Shown here one piece after another: positions 10,698 through 19,722 of a stretch of 32,000 nt of DNA. Source of the DNA: Candidatus Midichloria mitochondrii IricVA (GTDB taxonomy: Bacteria; Pseudomonadota; Alphaproteobacteria; Rickettsiales; Midichloriaceae); contig NC_015722.1 in the NCBI RefSeq assembly GCF_000219355.1, forward strand, positions 630,001 to 662,000. Direction: 5' to 3'. Both the position numbers and the translations under genes were made by a program. Position 1 is the stretch's first letter, and each line of letters opens with the position of its first letter. The notes below the pieces were generated by a model that ran no database searches, was not told the origin of the DNA, and saw only the letters and a list, made by a program, of their open reading frames with translations.

Positions 10698-11416
10698 GCT
10701 CTAACACTGCAATAATAATTCCAGTAAGGCTTGCAGCTATTCGATTACCAAACAAGCCCTTGGCCGACATAGGAGGCCTACCTATGGTCATTAGGGTCGC
10801 AGATCAGGCAAGGGCTTCTAATGCCGGCGATGTCTTTATTGCTGCTTGTGGGGACGATATTTGTAATATCGGTAAAAAACATGATTTTGAAGCAATAAAA
10901 ACCGACCCAGATTTAGCTTCAGGAACTGATAGAGTATATGCCGCATTTAAGAAACTTAGCAGAAATTATGATTATATAATTAATCTTCAAGGAGATTTGC
11001 CTTTAATCGATCCGCAGATAATTTCGGCTACAAGAGAACTATTAACCCAGAAAGACATTGAAATGGTTACCGCAGCTGTTCCAATAACAGAAAGCAACAA
11101 AGAGAATGACCCCAATGTTGTTAAAGCAATTTTGACTCAAAACAATCAAGCCTTATATTTTACTCGAGCAACAGCTCCATTTGGCCCTGGCAAATTATAT
11201 GAACATATTGGAATTTATGGGTATACTCCAGATTCCCTAGAAAAATTTGTAAAAGCTCAGCAAACCGAGCTAGAAAAAAGAGAACGGCTTGAGCAACTGC
11301 GCGCCCTTGAACACGGTATTAAAATACATGTAACCGTTGTCAATAGTGCCCCTATATCTGTGGACACTTTTGAAGATTTAGAACAAGCAAGAATTGCATT
11401 TAAGTCAGCTATTTAG
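10694..11416 (+). CDS. kdsB: 3-deoxy-manno-octulosonate cytidylyltransferase (CMP-KDO synthetase)
   Basis: 240-aa ORF with IIPVRLAAIRLPNKPLADIGGLPMV, NLQGDLPLI and HIGIYGY. Confidence 0.9.
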   Translation: MSSNTAIIIPVRLAAIRLPNKPLADIGGLPMVIRVADQARASNAGDVFIAACGDDICNIGKKHDFEAIKTDPDLASGTDRVYAAFKKLSRNYDYIINLQGDLPLIDPQIISATRELLTQKDIEMVTAAVPITESNKENDPNVVKAILTQNNQALYFTRATAPFGPGKLYEHIGIYGYTPDSLEKFVKAQQTELEKRERLEQLRALEHGIKIHVTVVNSAPISVDTFEDLEQARIAFKSAI

Positions 11417-11527
11417 CGCTAAGACACACATACATTTTTAACTTGAAGTTCTACTCCCTGTCCTTTGTAAAAGCTCATTTACTCTATAAGGCCCTCAAAG
11501 GGAGAAGCTTTAAACTGGGTGTGAGCT

Positions 11528-11538
11528 CCCCCCCCCCC
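11528..11538. repeat. C11 homopolymer inside a locally GC-rich patch of the kdsB-gatB intergenic region
   Basis: Direct reading: gtgagct + 11 C + gcagagc, followed by ctcccccacccctggg. This is unusual composition for such an AT-rich window. Confidence 0.9.
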
Positions 11539-11730
11539 GCAGAGCTTTTCAATGCCTCCCCCACCCCTGGGCTCTTTTCATCTCCAAACTTCCCTTAGTT
11601 TTATACACCTCTTCACTCCCGCAATCTCTGGGTAAACGATCTTTTTGCAAGCGCCTTTGCTATTAGGCTTGTTGAATTTCACTAAATATGCTAGTTAATA
11701 TACTGAAACTGGTAATTTATAAGAGATGTT

Positions 11731-13188
11731 GTGTCTTATTCAGGACAAATCATAAAAGGCAAAAATGAGTGGGAAGTTATAATCGGTTTGGAGGTCCATT
11801 CCCAGATCACTTCAGAATCAAAGCTATTTTCGAGAAGTAAAACAGAGTTTGGCGCTGAACCAAATTCACAGGTATCCTTTATAGATGCCGCAATGCCTGG
11901 AATGCTGCCCTCAATTAATGGCAAATGCGTTGAACAAGCAGTCAAAACCGGCTTAGGTATTGGAGCCCAAATTAATCTCTTTTCATGCTTTGATAGAAAA
12001 AATTATTTCTATCCGGACCTTCCGCAAGGCTACCAAATATCTCAGTTTAGGCACCCGATAGTGAGTAATGGAAGAATTACCATAGAGCTGCCGGACAAGC
12101 AAATTAAAACTATTGGAGTAGCCAGGATCCACATCGAACAGGACGCTGGTAAAAGTATCCATGATCAAAGTCCCGGTGAAACTTTTGTTGATCTAAATCG
12201 CTCGGGTATAGCTTTGATGGAAATCGTAACCGAGCCGGATATGAGAAGTAGCGAAGAAGCTGCAGAATTCTTAAAAAAACTGCGCTCAACACTAAGGTAT
12301 CTAGGCAGTTGTGATGGTGATATGGAAAAGGGCTCTCTAAGATGTGACGCTAATGTGTCCGTCAGGCCCTTAGGAAGCAACAAATATGGTACTAGAGTTG
12401 AAATAAAGAATGTTAATTCTGTAAAATTTGTAATTAAAGCAATCAATTATGAAGCAACGCGACAAGTTGAATTGCTTGAATCAGGCGGAGAGGTGCTACA
12501 AGAAACTAGACTTTTTGATTCAAATGAAGAAGTAACAAAGCCAATGCGTACTAAAGAAGATGCTGTTGACTATAGATACTTCCCAGACCCCGACCTTTTG
12601 CCCCTCATTTTATCGGAAGAATATGTAGAAAATATTAGAAAAGCTCTACCAGAGTTGCCTGATGCAAAGATCGCGAGATATATCAGTACAATGGGAATTT
12701 CGGACTATGATGCTAATGTGATTGTGGCAGATAAGAATATTGCAGATTATTTTGAAGCCACAGCCGCCCTAACAGATCCAAAACTAGCAGCAAATTGGAT
12801 TATAGCAGAATTATTCGGTAAACTTAATAAGGCCAACTTAGAAATTATTGCTTCCCCAATAAAACCTGGAGATCTTGCTGCGTTGATTGAGCTTATAAGA
12901 AGCGGTGTAGTTTCTGGAAAGATTGCTAAACAAGTTTTTGAATTGATGTTTGAAACTCAGGAAGAACCAAAAGCTTTAATAGAAAAACATGGATTGGTGC
13001 AGGTCACAAATAATGATGAAATCGAAAAATTTGTTGATCAGGTCCTTGCTGCTAACCCTGAAAAAGTTGCAGAATACCGAGCTGGTAAAGAAAAGCTTTT
13101 TGGGTTTTTTGTAGGCCAGGTTATGCAAATTTCAGAGGGTAAAGTAAATCCTTCTGTCCTCAATGATATACTGAAAAAGAAATTATAA
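11731..13188 (+). CDS. gatB: Asp-tRNA(Asn)/Glu-tRNA(Gln) amidotransferase subunit B
   Basis: 485-aa ORF with a GTG start. Motifs [39 protein letters not shown] and the C-terminal FGFFVGQVM. No gatC or gatA is adjacent. Confidence 0.92.
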   Translation: MSYSGQIIKGKNEWEVIIGLEVHSQITSESKLFSRSKTEFGAEPNSQVSFIDAAMPGMLPSINGKCVEQAVKTGLGIGAQINLFSCFDRKNYFYPDLPQGYQISQFRHPIVSNGRITIELPDKQIKTIGVARIHIEQDAGKSIHDQSPGETFVDLNRSGIALMEIVTEPDMRSSEEAAEFLKKLRSTLRYLGSCDGDMEKGSLRCDANVSVRPLGSNKYGTRVEIKNVNSVKFVIKAINYEATRQVELLESGGEVLQETRLFDSNEEVTKPMRTKEDAVDYRYFPDPDLLPLILSEEYVENIRKALPELPDAKIARYISTMGISDYDANVIVADKNIADYFEATAALTDPKLAANWIIAELFGKLNKANLEIIASPIKPGDLAALIELIRSGVVSGKIAKQVFELMFETQEEPKALIEKHGLVQVTNNDEIEKFVDQVLAANPEKVAEYRAGKEKLFGFFVGQVMQISEGKVNPSVLNDILKKKL

Positions 13189-13208
13189 TTTTATAATCAT
13201 GGTAAAGA

Positions 13209-14705
13209 ATGAGACTATTTAAAATCTTCCTCCTCATCTTGTTGCTAGTTTTTTGTTTTGTAGAACCAGTTAGCGCAAAGGAGAAACTAATAAAAGATAA
13301 GGGAGATAAGGTTGATAAGGTATCGCTTCTCAAAAAGGGAGTAGTAAATGTTAAAGTAAATGTCATAAAAAGCGCTTATAATCTTAAAGGAGAATACTTT
13401 GGGAGCGGGTTTTTAGTAGATAAAAAATTAGGATTAGTTCTAACAAACGCCCATATAGCTAAATCTTCAGAATTACAAGAGTTACTTTTAACTTTTTTCA
13501 ATGGAAAAGAAGTACCAGCAAAGCTAATTTACCAAGATCCTTGGCAAGATTTATCGGTTCTAAAAATCGATCCAGCCGAATTGCCTCACGATTGTGTAGA
13601 ACTTGAGTTAGCTAGCTATGAACCTAAGACTGAACAAAAGATTCTAATTATTGGCAATAATCAGAATAATAATTTTTCTGTTCAAGAGGGAGTCATTAAT
13701 TCTCTATATAATAGCGCTTCATTCTTTCCAGGGCAGCATTTAGCAATTAGTGTTAATGTGAAAGGAGGAGCAAGTGGATCTCCAATTTTCGATGAGAGAG
13801 GGCAAGTTATAGGAATTGTTTTTGGCGGTAGCGAGACATTTGTAAATGGTCTTCCTGTACAATATATTAACGATATTTTATTCACTTTAAAGAATAATAA
13901 GACACCTAATAGAAAAGATACTGGCGCTATTTTAGGTTTTCGTTCTCTAGATCGATTAGTAAAATTTTATAATTTCCCAAAGAAGGTAGCTGATGATTAT
14001 ATAATAAGAAACCCATCTTATATGAATTTAGCGCTAACGGTAAAAGGATCTTTAGCTAACTCTCCGGCTGCAAAATTACTAAATCCTGGCGACATAATCT
14101 GGAAAATCAATGGCAAAGAAGTTGGCGCTAATCTTTATTTGCTTCAAAAAATAATTAATGAAGCAGGTGACAAAATTAATTTAACTATCTATAGAAATGG
14201 TCAAAGACAGGAGCTTGAAATCAATTTGTACGACCTTAACAAATCTAAGTTAAAACGTATGCTGTTAGTTGCTGATACAGTATTTTTTGAAGTTGATGAC
14301 GTTATGCGATTAGTTTCTGGAGCTCCCCTTGGCGCCGTATTAGTCAAAAATATTGAACAAGGCTCAAGTTTTGATGTTTTCCCTTATGGTGGGTTCCAAA
14401 ATTTTGGTTATATGCCATTAGCTCAAATATTAAATATTGATAATCAAACAATTAATTCTCTTGACGATATAGCTAAAATTATACCTAATTTAATGGCTAA
14501 GAAGCATTTTTCAATTAGTTATAAAAACCTAGTCTCTTATAGTGGTTACGACTACTGGCCCATGCTAAGTAAGTCTGTAATGAGTGCAGAGGTGACATAT
14601 AATAGCTATGGTACTCAGCCGGTATTATTAGAATTTGATGATAATACTCTTGAATGGAAATCAAATTTTATATTAAATCAAGATAATGATAATATAGAGC
14701 AATAA
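13209..14705 (+). CDS. secreted trypsin-like (S1C, DegP/Nma111-like) serine protease with PDZ-like domain
   Basis: 498-aa ORF with signal peptide MRLFKIFLLILLLVFCFVEPVSA. Catalytic-triad contexts LTNAHI, DLSVLKI and GGASGSPIF. PDZ-like segment SPAAKLLNPGDIIWKINGKEV. Confidence 0.75.
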   Translation: MRLFKIFLLILLLVFCFVEPVSAKEKLIKDKGDKVDKVSLLKKGVVNVKVNVIKSAYNLKGEYFGSGFLVDKKLGLVLTNAHIAKSSELQELLLTFFNGKEVPAKLIYQDPWQDLSVLKIDPAELPHDCVELELASYEPKTEQKILIIGNNQNNNFSVQEGVINSLYNSASFFPGQHLAISVNVKGGASGSPIFDERGQVIGIVFGGSETFVNGLPVQYINDILFTLKNNKTPNRKDTGAILGFRSLDRLVKFYNFPKKVADDYIIRNPSYMNLALTVKGSLANSPAAKLLNPGDIIWKINGKEVGANLYLLQKIINEAGDKINLTIYRNGQRQELEINLYDLNKSKLKRMLLVADTVFFEVDDVMRLVSGAPLGAVLVKNIEQGSSFDVFPYGGFQNFGYMPLAQILNIDNQTINSLDDIAKIIPNLMAKKHFSISYKNLVSYSGYDYWPMLSKSVMSAEVTYNSYGTQPVLLEFDDNTLEWKSNFILNQDNDNIEQ

Positions 14706-14714
14706 TAGAAAACC

Positions 14715-15185
14715 ATGTGTAAACATTATTTTCACCTACTTCTAATAATATCAATATTGGCACTTAGCGGCGCCTATATCGGCGAATTCTTTCTAGGCAT
14801 ACTTCCCTGCCGGCTCTGTTATTACCAGCGCTATGTCTATTTCGCACTCTTATCTTTCTCGTTAATCTTTATATTAAAGCCAAATATTAACAAAATTATT
14901 TCCTTATTAACCACTTTTTTGATTTTGTTCACAGGTTTTATTATTTCATTTTTTCATTCAGGGGTTGAAAGACATTGGTTTAAATATAATTCTGTCTGCA
15001 CTGGTTTTTCTGAGCCTATAAATTCAGCAGAACAGATAGTTAGAAATATAGAAGACGCTTCAATAGCGGTTTGTGATATTTTAGGACCGCAATTACTTGG
15101 TTTAACTATGGCAAACTGGAATGCTTTATTGTTAGGATTCCTATGTTGCGTGACACTTTTTATATATTGCAAAGACCAAAAATAA
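14715..15185 (+). CDS. DsbB-family disulfide bond formation protein
   Basis: 156-aa ORF with four hydrophobic helices. A CRLCYYQR cysteine pair follows TM1, and a second Cys pair (CTGF...AVCD) lies in the large loop. Confidence 0.7.
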   Translation: MCKHYFHLLLIISILALSGAYIGEFFLGILPCRLCYYQRYVYFALLSFSLIFILKPNINKIISLLTTFLILFTGFIISFFHSGVERHWFKYNSVCTGFSEPINSAEQIVRNIEDASIAVCDILGPQLLGLTMANWNALLLGFLCCVTLFIYCKDQK

Positions 15186-15191
15186 AAATTT

Positions 15192-15704
15192 ATGTCAAAG
15201 AAAATAGCAGAAATTATACGAGTCAATCAAGCAGGAGAGTACGGGGCAAAGCGCATTTACGAAGGACAAATGGCCGCTTTAGCCACCTCCTCCTCTCTGA
15301 AAAAAGTAAAGCGTATGTATGAGCAGGAATTAGAGCATTTGCATTATTTTAATCAAGAAATGGTTAGAAAAAGAGTGCGACCAACCTTGATGTCACCAAT
15401 TTGGAATATAGGAGCATATGCACTTGGATATATTTCTGGCAAACTTGGAGTCAAAGCCACAATGGCTTGTACTGCTGCGGTTGAAGAGGTGATAGAAGCG
15501 CATTATCAAAAGCACATAGATTATTTAGAAAACTGCAAAGAAGAGCGAGCTCTGAAAGAAAAAATAAAAAAATTTCAAAATGACGAAATAGAACACAAAA
15601 TTACTGGATTAAATAATTCAGCTGAAAGTCTACCCTATCAGATACTTAAAGCAGGAGTTAGATCTTTGACTAAGCTTGCAATAAAAATCTCAAAAAAGAT
15701 TTAA
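15192..15704 (+). CDS. coq7: demethoxyubiquinone hydroxylase, Coq7 family (di-iron)
   Basis: 170-aa ORF with RVNQAGEYGAKRIYEGQ and two E..H di-iron motifs (ELEH, EIEH). Confidence 0.85.
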   Translation: MSKKIAEIIRVNQAGEYGAKRIYEGQMAALATSSSLKKVKRMYEQELEHLHYFNQEMVRKRVRPTLMSPIWNIGAYALGYISGKLGVKATMACTAAVEEVIEAHYQKHIDYLENCKEERALKEKIKKFQNDEIEHKITGLNNSAESLPYQILKAGVRSLTKLAIKISKKI

Positions 15705-15759
15705 ATAGTTAAAAATACTAGATTTACTAATTATAAAAAAAGCCTTATATTCCATGGTT

Positions 15760-15849
15760 GGGGTATTTATGCTAGGGCGGTGTAGTTGCCAATCTGGTCA
15801 GGTCTGAGAAGAAGCAGCCACAGCAATCAAATTGGGTCTAGCTTTCCCC
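15760..15849 (+). ncRNA. ffs: signal recognition particle RNA (small bacterial 4.5S type)
   Basis: Contains the universally conserved domain IV strings GGUCAGGUCU-GAGA-AGAAGCAGCC, with a GNRA tetraloop (GAGA) closed by UCU/AGA. The flanks pair into one long hairpin: GGGG/CCCC at the ends, GCUAG/CUAGC and CCAAU/AUUGG. It lies in the coq7-cycM intergenic gap. Confidence 0.8.
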
Positions 15850-15892
15850 TTATATCTTTTTATTTAGTTGCTTCATCCGGGGTTTTTGATAA

Positions 15893-16451
15893 GTGGGAGA
15901 TAACTTTGAATTTGATAAAATTGTACTTGCAATTGCTTTAGGAATTTTTGTTTTCATTTTTAGTGACAACTTCGGTAATCTTTTTTATAGACCAGTTTTT
16001 GAACCAGAAAAGCGTGGATTTGAGATAGAAGTTGCTGAAACGAGTAACGGTATGGGTTGACTCTGCGTCAAAAGGTTTGCCTGAAACGCTTGACATGCGT
16101 ACTATTATGGCCAATGCCAATGCTAAACTTGGTGAGGATGTCTTTAAAAAATGTGCTGTGTGTCATACTGCAGAAAAAGGCGGAGCTAACAAAGTTGGGC
16201 CAAATCTTTGGGGTATAGTGAATGCTATTACTGCACATAAATCAGACTTCACATATTCAGCCGCTATACTTGCCCGTGCGCAACCAAACCTAAAATGGGA
16301 CTATGAAACACTGTACAGATACTTGTATGCTCCTAGAAAATTTGTCCCTGGCACAAAAATGGCTTTTGCAGGTATTAAGAAAGATGAAGAAAGAGCAAAT
16401 TTAATAGCATATCTAAGAACATTATCTGATTCTCCCCCTAAATTACCATAA
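15893..16451 (+). pseudogene. cycM: membrane-anchored cytochrome c (CycM type), N-terminal anchor and heme domain in different frames (+1 break between 16029 and 16057)
   Basis: GTG 15893 opens a frame reading GDNFEFDKIVLAIALGIFVFIFSDNFGNLFYRPVFEPEKRGFEIEVAETSNGMG, with a stop at 16058-16060. The +1 frame (listed ORF 16032..16451) carries the c-type heme domain CAVCHT...GPNLWG...PGTKMAFAG. That frame has a stop at 16026-16028, so the shift must lie within 16029-16057. Confidence 0.75.
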
Positions 16452-16621
16452 TAACTTTGTCTCTAAATCAGGTTTTACTATAAACTACAACCACTTAATG
16501 CAATTTAGTGTTGCGAAAAAGTCATTATTTATTTTTTTTAAGCTTTAAAAAGAGATTTTTATGTACTTAAAAGCAAAAAGATTCTAGTAGCTTTCCATTA
16601 TAAACAAAATAAGAGATTTGT

Positions 16622-17995
16622 ATGTTTAGAAAAACATTACTTGCAACTACAGTTTTAGTTGCAGCTTCTTCTGTAGCTTATGCGGATGTTTCTTTCAATG
16701 CCAAAGACAATAAAGCCTCCCTGAATATTGGTGGTTCTTTGACGGCGGTAGCTCCAGCAGTAACCCAAACCGGACAATTTAAAAAATTAGGCGGAGACCA
16801 AGACGGAAATCTTGTTGTCAATGATAATTTAAGTTTTAATAAATTCGCTGTTTCAGCCAATTTATCTTTTGATGTAAATTTCAATCCAGATGAAGATAAT
16901 CGTTACGGCTTCTTTACAAAATTAAATACTAACACCTCGGCACTAACTGCTTGCGGAAATCCAGAAAATTCCGATAAGACCGCGCTCTATTTAGAAAACA
17001 AAGCATTTGGTAGACTGGAAGCAGGAAGCTATAATGGTGCTTACGATGGAATTAAAGTAGCTCCAGACGCTTTAGCTGTGGGTACTGGCGGTGCCAATGG
17101 TGACTTTTATAACTTCTTCACCAGCGGCACTTTTTTAGCTAAGGATAACAACAATGTGCTAAATTACTCCAATGCTTCTTTCGCTTTCTATACAAGCGTT
17201 AATTTGCCAGCTTCAGATGCAACACGTGCTAACAAGATTACTTATTACACACCAAATTACAACGGCTTTGAAATCGGGTTAAGCTTTATACCGGATACTG
17301 AACACCAAGGTACAATTTTTGCTGTAACAAATGGCAAAATAAACAAAAAAGGCTTAGGGTATACTGATACTATAGAAGCTGCCGTCAGATATAGCACCAC
17401 AACAAATGATGTTAATCATGGTGTTTCTTTAGTTGGAAATTTTGGTAAATCAAAAGATTACCGAGAAGGAGCTGGCAATAATTTCAAACGCCACGATCTT
17501 GCAGCATTTGAAGTTGGCACTAGCCTTGCTCTCAAAGGCTTTAAGATTGCTGCAGCTTATGGGCACTTGGGTAACTCAGGCACCATCAAATCCATTACTG
17601 ACAACGGAGGTAAAGGAGTTGCACTCACCGGTTACTTAAAAGGTAAACCTAAAAATGAGTTCTATTCAGTAGGTACCGCTTATGAGTATGACAGAATTGG
17701 AGCTAGTATTACTTACTTAAGTTCTTCTTCTTTGGGATTGTTAGCAAAGGATCAAGATCAAAATATAATCAAAATTGATCAAGACGGTAACAAAAACAAA
17801 TTCCAATCTTTATCCCTTGGCGTACAATATAAGATATTTGATGATGTAGCTGCATTTGTTGAATATACCCACTTTCAGTATGCTAAAAAAAGCGGCCCTA
17901 ATGCGGAAGTGGTTTCAGCTGATAAACCAGCCGGTAACAAATTTAGCGTAAATAAAGGTAATGTAGTTTTAGCTGGCTTAAAAGCTAACTTCTAA
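16622..17995 (+). CDS. outer-membrane porin (alphaproteobacterial general porin type)
   Basis: 457-aa ORF with signal peptide MFRKTLLATTVLVAASSVAYA. Gly/Tyr/Asn-rich alternating beta-strand pattern and the C-terminal signature VVLAGLKANF ending in Phe. Confidence 0.7.
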   Translation: MFRKTLLATTVLVAASSVAYADVSFNAKDNKASLNIGGSLTAVAPAVTQTGQFKKLGGDQDGNLVVNDNLSFNKFAVSANLSFDVNFNPDEDNRYGFFTKLNTNTSALTACGNPENSDKTALYLENKAFGRLEAGSYNGAYDGIKVAPDALAVGTGGANGDFYNFFTSGTFLAKDNNNVLNYSNASFAFYTSVNLPASDATRANKITYYTPNYNGFEIGLSFIPDTEHQGTIFAVTNGKINKKGLGYTDTIEAAVRYSTTTNDVNHGVSLVGNFGKSKDYREGAGNNFKRHDLAAFEVGTSLALKGFKIAAAYGHLGNSGTIKSITDNGGKGVALTGYLKGKPKNEFYSVGTAYEYDRIGASITYLSSSSLGLLAKDQDQNIIKIDQDGNKNKFQSLSLGVQYKIFDDVAAFVEYTHFQYAKKSGPNAEVVSADKPAGNKFSVNKGNVVLAGLKANF

Positions 17996-18021
17996 CCAAT
18001 TAAAAATTAGGATACTGCGAA

Positions 18022-18049
18022 AAGCCAGAGGTAAAAGCCTGGCTTTTTT
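18022..18049 (+). terminator. rho-independent terminator after the porin gene
   Basis: Stem AAGCCAG (18022-18028) pairs with CTGGCTT (18039-18045) around a 10-nt loop, running into a T6 tract (18044-18049). It lies 27 nt after the porin stop. Confidence 0.6.
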
Positions 18050-18262
18050 ATTTACCCGACGTTGCCTTAATCACTTGAAAGCCAAGAACTTCAGATAAAA
18101 CAACACCTTATCGCCAACGCCGCAAGTCACTACAAAGCTTTTCTAAATAGTTATTGACACACCTCAATAAGCGTTATATCTGTTGCTTTGGAAGCATTAA
18201 AATGGTTGCCCCAAATCATCAACTATATGCTTTATAAAACACTTTTATTATGAGGTTGTATT

Positions 18263-19712
18263 ATGTCCAATATGTTATTCGCGCCAGCAGCAGATTATGT
18301 AGTGGGTAATGGGCCTAACATGATCGCTATTGCAGATTTTAATCAAGATGGAAAGGCTAGATATAGTAAACAGTAATCACGGTGGAAATTCAGTTGCTGT
18401 ATTACTGGGAAAAGGTGACAGAACGTTTCAAGCCTCAACATTACATGGAATCGGTGGCTGTAGTCCTTGGGGAGTGGCGGTAGGCGATTTTATAATAGAG
18501 ATGGAAAACTTGATATAGTTACTACTAACTATCATGCAGGAACTATCCCATATTGATAAACGTTTTGCCTATTCAAACAAGAGTAATTCAGCCGGCAGTG
18601 AGTTATACTGTGGGGAGTGAGGCTCCTTTGATCATCGCTGTTGCAGATTTTAATCTAGATGGCAAATTAGATTTAGTTAACTCTAATTACAATGGGAATT
18701 CGGTTTCCGCATTATTGGGGAAAGGAGATGGAACGTTTCATGCAGCAGTCCTATATAGTGTTGGAGGCGGTTATACTTGGGGTGTAACAGCGACGGATTT
18801 CACAATGGTAAATGGCCACTTTCAAACCAGCTGTTTCTTATAGTGTTAGTACTGCGCCTGCGGGAACAGCGGTAGGAGATTTAAATAACGATGGGAAACC
18901 AGATATAGTGTGAAAGTAATGACGGTTCATCTACCGTTTCCGTATTGTTAGGTAGCGGTGATGGTATACTTTTTTGCATCTGCTGTTTCCTATAGTGTTG
19001 GCGGCCGCCCTCAAGCAGTAGCAATAGGTGATATCACTTGGCGATGGAAAACAAGATATATTAAATACTAATGCTGGTTCAAATACCATCACTATACTAA
19101 TACCGCCAACTATGGGTACTACACAACAACCAGTACTTTATCTCCTTACGACTGCTTCTACAATTCCAACGACTACAAGCATTACAACAAGCAGTACCAA
19201 ACCTTCCACAATGGTAACAGATACAACAGTTAGCTCAAATTTAGAAGAACAGGAACTATCATCTTCAAATATAGCAATGGTTGGAGGCATTGTCGGAGGC
19301 ATCGTATCTGCAATAGTGATAGTAGGTTTAGGTATAATTTATAAACGTTTACAACATGTGCCAGAACAGCACCGTGGCGACGGCCATGCCCCCAAGAAGG
19401 CTTGTGTTGACGTGCGCAGTAGGTAGTGTTGCCGCAGAGGAGGAGCGGGCTCAGATGGCCAAAGATCTCTAAACGACCCAAATCTACCAGGAAGCTCACA
19501 GACAACCTGGATGGGATTCAGCTTAGTATGATGTTCATACCTATGAAGGAGTGGATGAGGTGTTGCATAAGCTTGATGCCACATTGAATAAGCTTCATTA
19601 TGAAAAAGCTGATGTTTCAGTAATCGATGATGATAGCTATATCACTCCAAACACGGCCAATTATGAAGAAAATAGCAGCGAGCTTGACACTTTACGCAAG
19701 AGCAGACTATAA
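18263..19712 (+). pseudogene. FG-GAP/VCBS-repeat (integrin-alpha-like) protein with Thr/Ser-rich stalk, single TM helix and cytoplasmic tail; multiply frameshifted
   Basis: ATG 18263 is preceded by GAGG. Six to seven blades of the form ..VGDFN.DGK.DIV.SN..GNSVSVLLGKGDGTF.. are spread over the three plus-strand reading frames (ORFs 18330.., 18553.., 19028.. and unlisted pieces), and one blade is internally deleted near 18800-18830. ORF 19028..19426 continues with a Thr/Ser-rich segment (about 19112-19237), the TM helix IAMVGGIVGGIVSAIVIVGLGIIY (19271-19342) and the stop-transfer motif KRLQH. An open tail frame from 19527 ends at 19712, so that 3' limit is less certain than 19426. Confidence 0.75.
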
Positions 19713-19722
19713 CACCAGCGAG

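Noticed and set aside
11736-12446. Four minus-strand ORFs of 60-93 aa inside gatB
   Set aside because: They lie wholly antisense to a strongly conserved gatB reading frame, are low-complexity and carry no recognisable motifs. These are typical shadow ORFs.
16032-16451. Stand-alone cytochrome c initiated at TTG 16032 or ATG 16092
   Set aside because: The product would lack any signal peptide or anchor needed for periplasmic heme attachment. The upstream frame encodes exactly the CycM-type anchor, so a split single gene is the better reading.
18154-18182. Sigma-70-like TTGACA (18154-18159) with several possible -10 hexamers upstream of the FG-GAP gene
   Set aside because: The -10 assignment is ambiguous (TATATC, ATATCT or TATCTG at 15-17 nt spacing). 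Such matches are expected by chance in AT-rich DNA, so I did not report it as a feature.
19230-19584. Minus-strand ORFs 19230..19505 and 19339..19584
   Set aside because: They are confined to the GC-rich, stop-poor patch antisense to the FG-GAP TM/tail region. They are Arg/Cys/His-rich, junk-like translations with no motifs.
1-19712. The inverted FG-GAP paralogues as active recombination substrates flanking an invertible 17-kb core segment
   Set aside because: The copies are diverged, with only about half of residues shared by eye and no long identical nucleotide stretches noticed. Homologous recombination between them is therefore unlikely.
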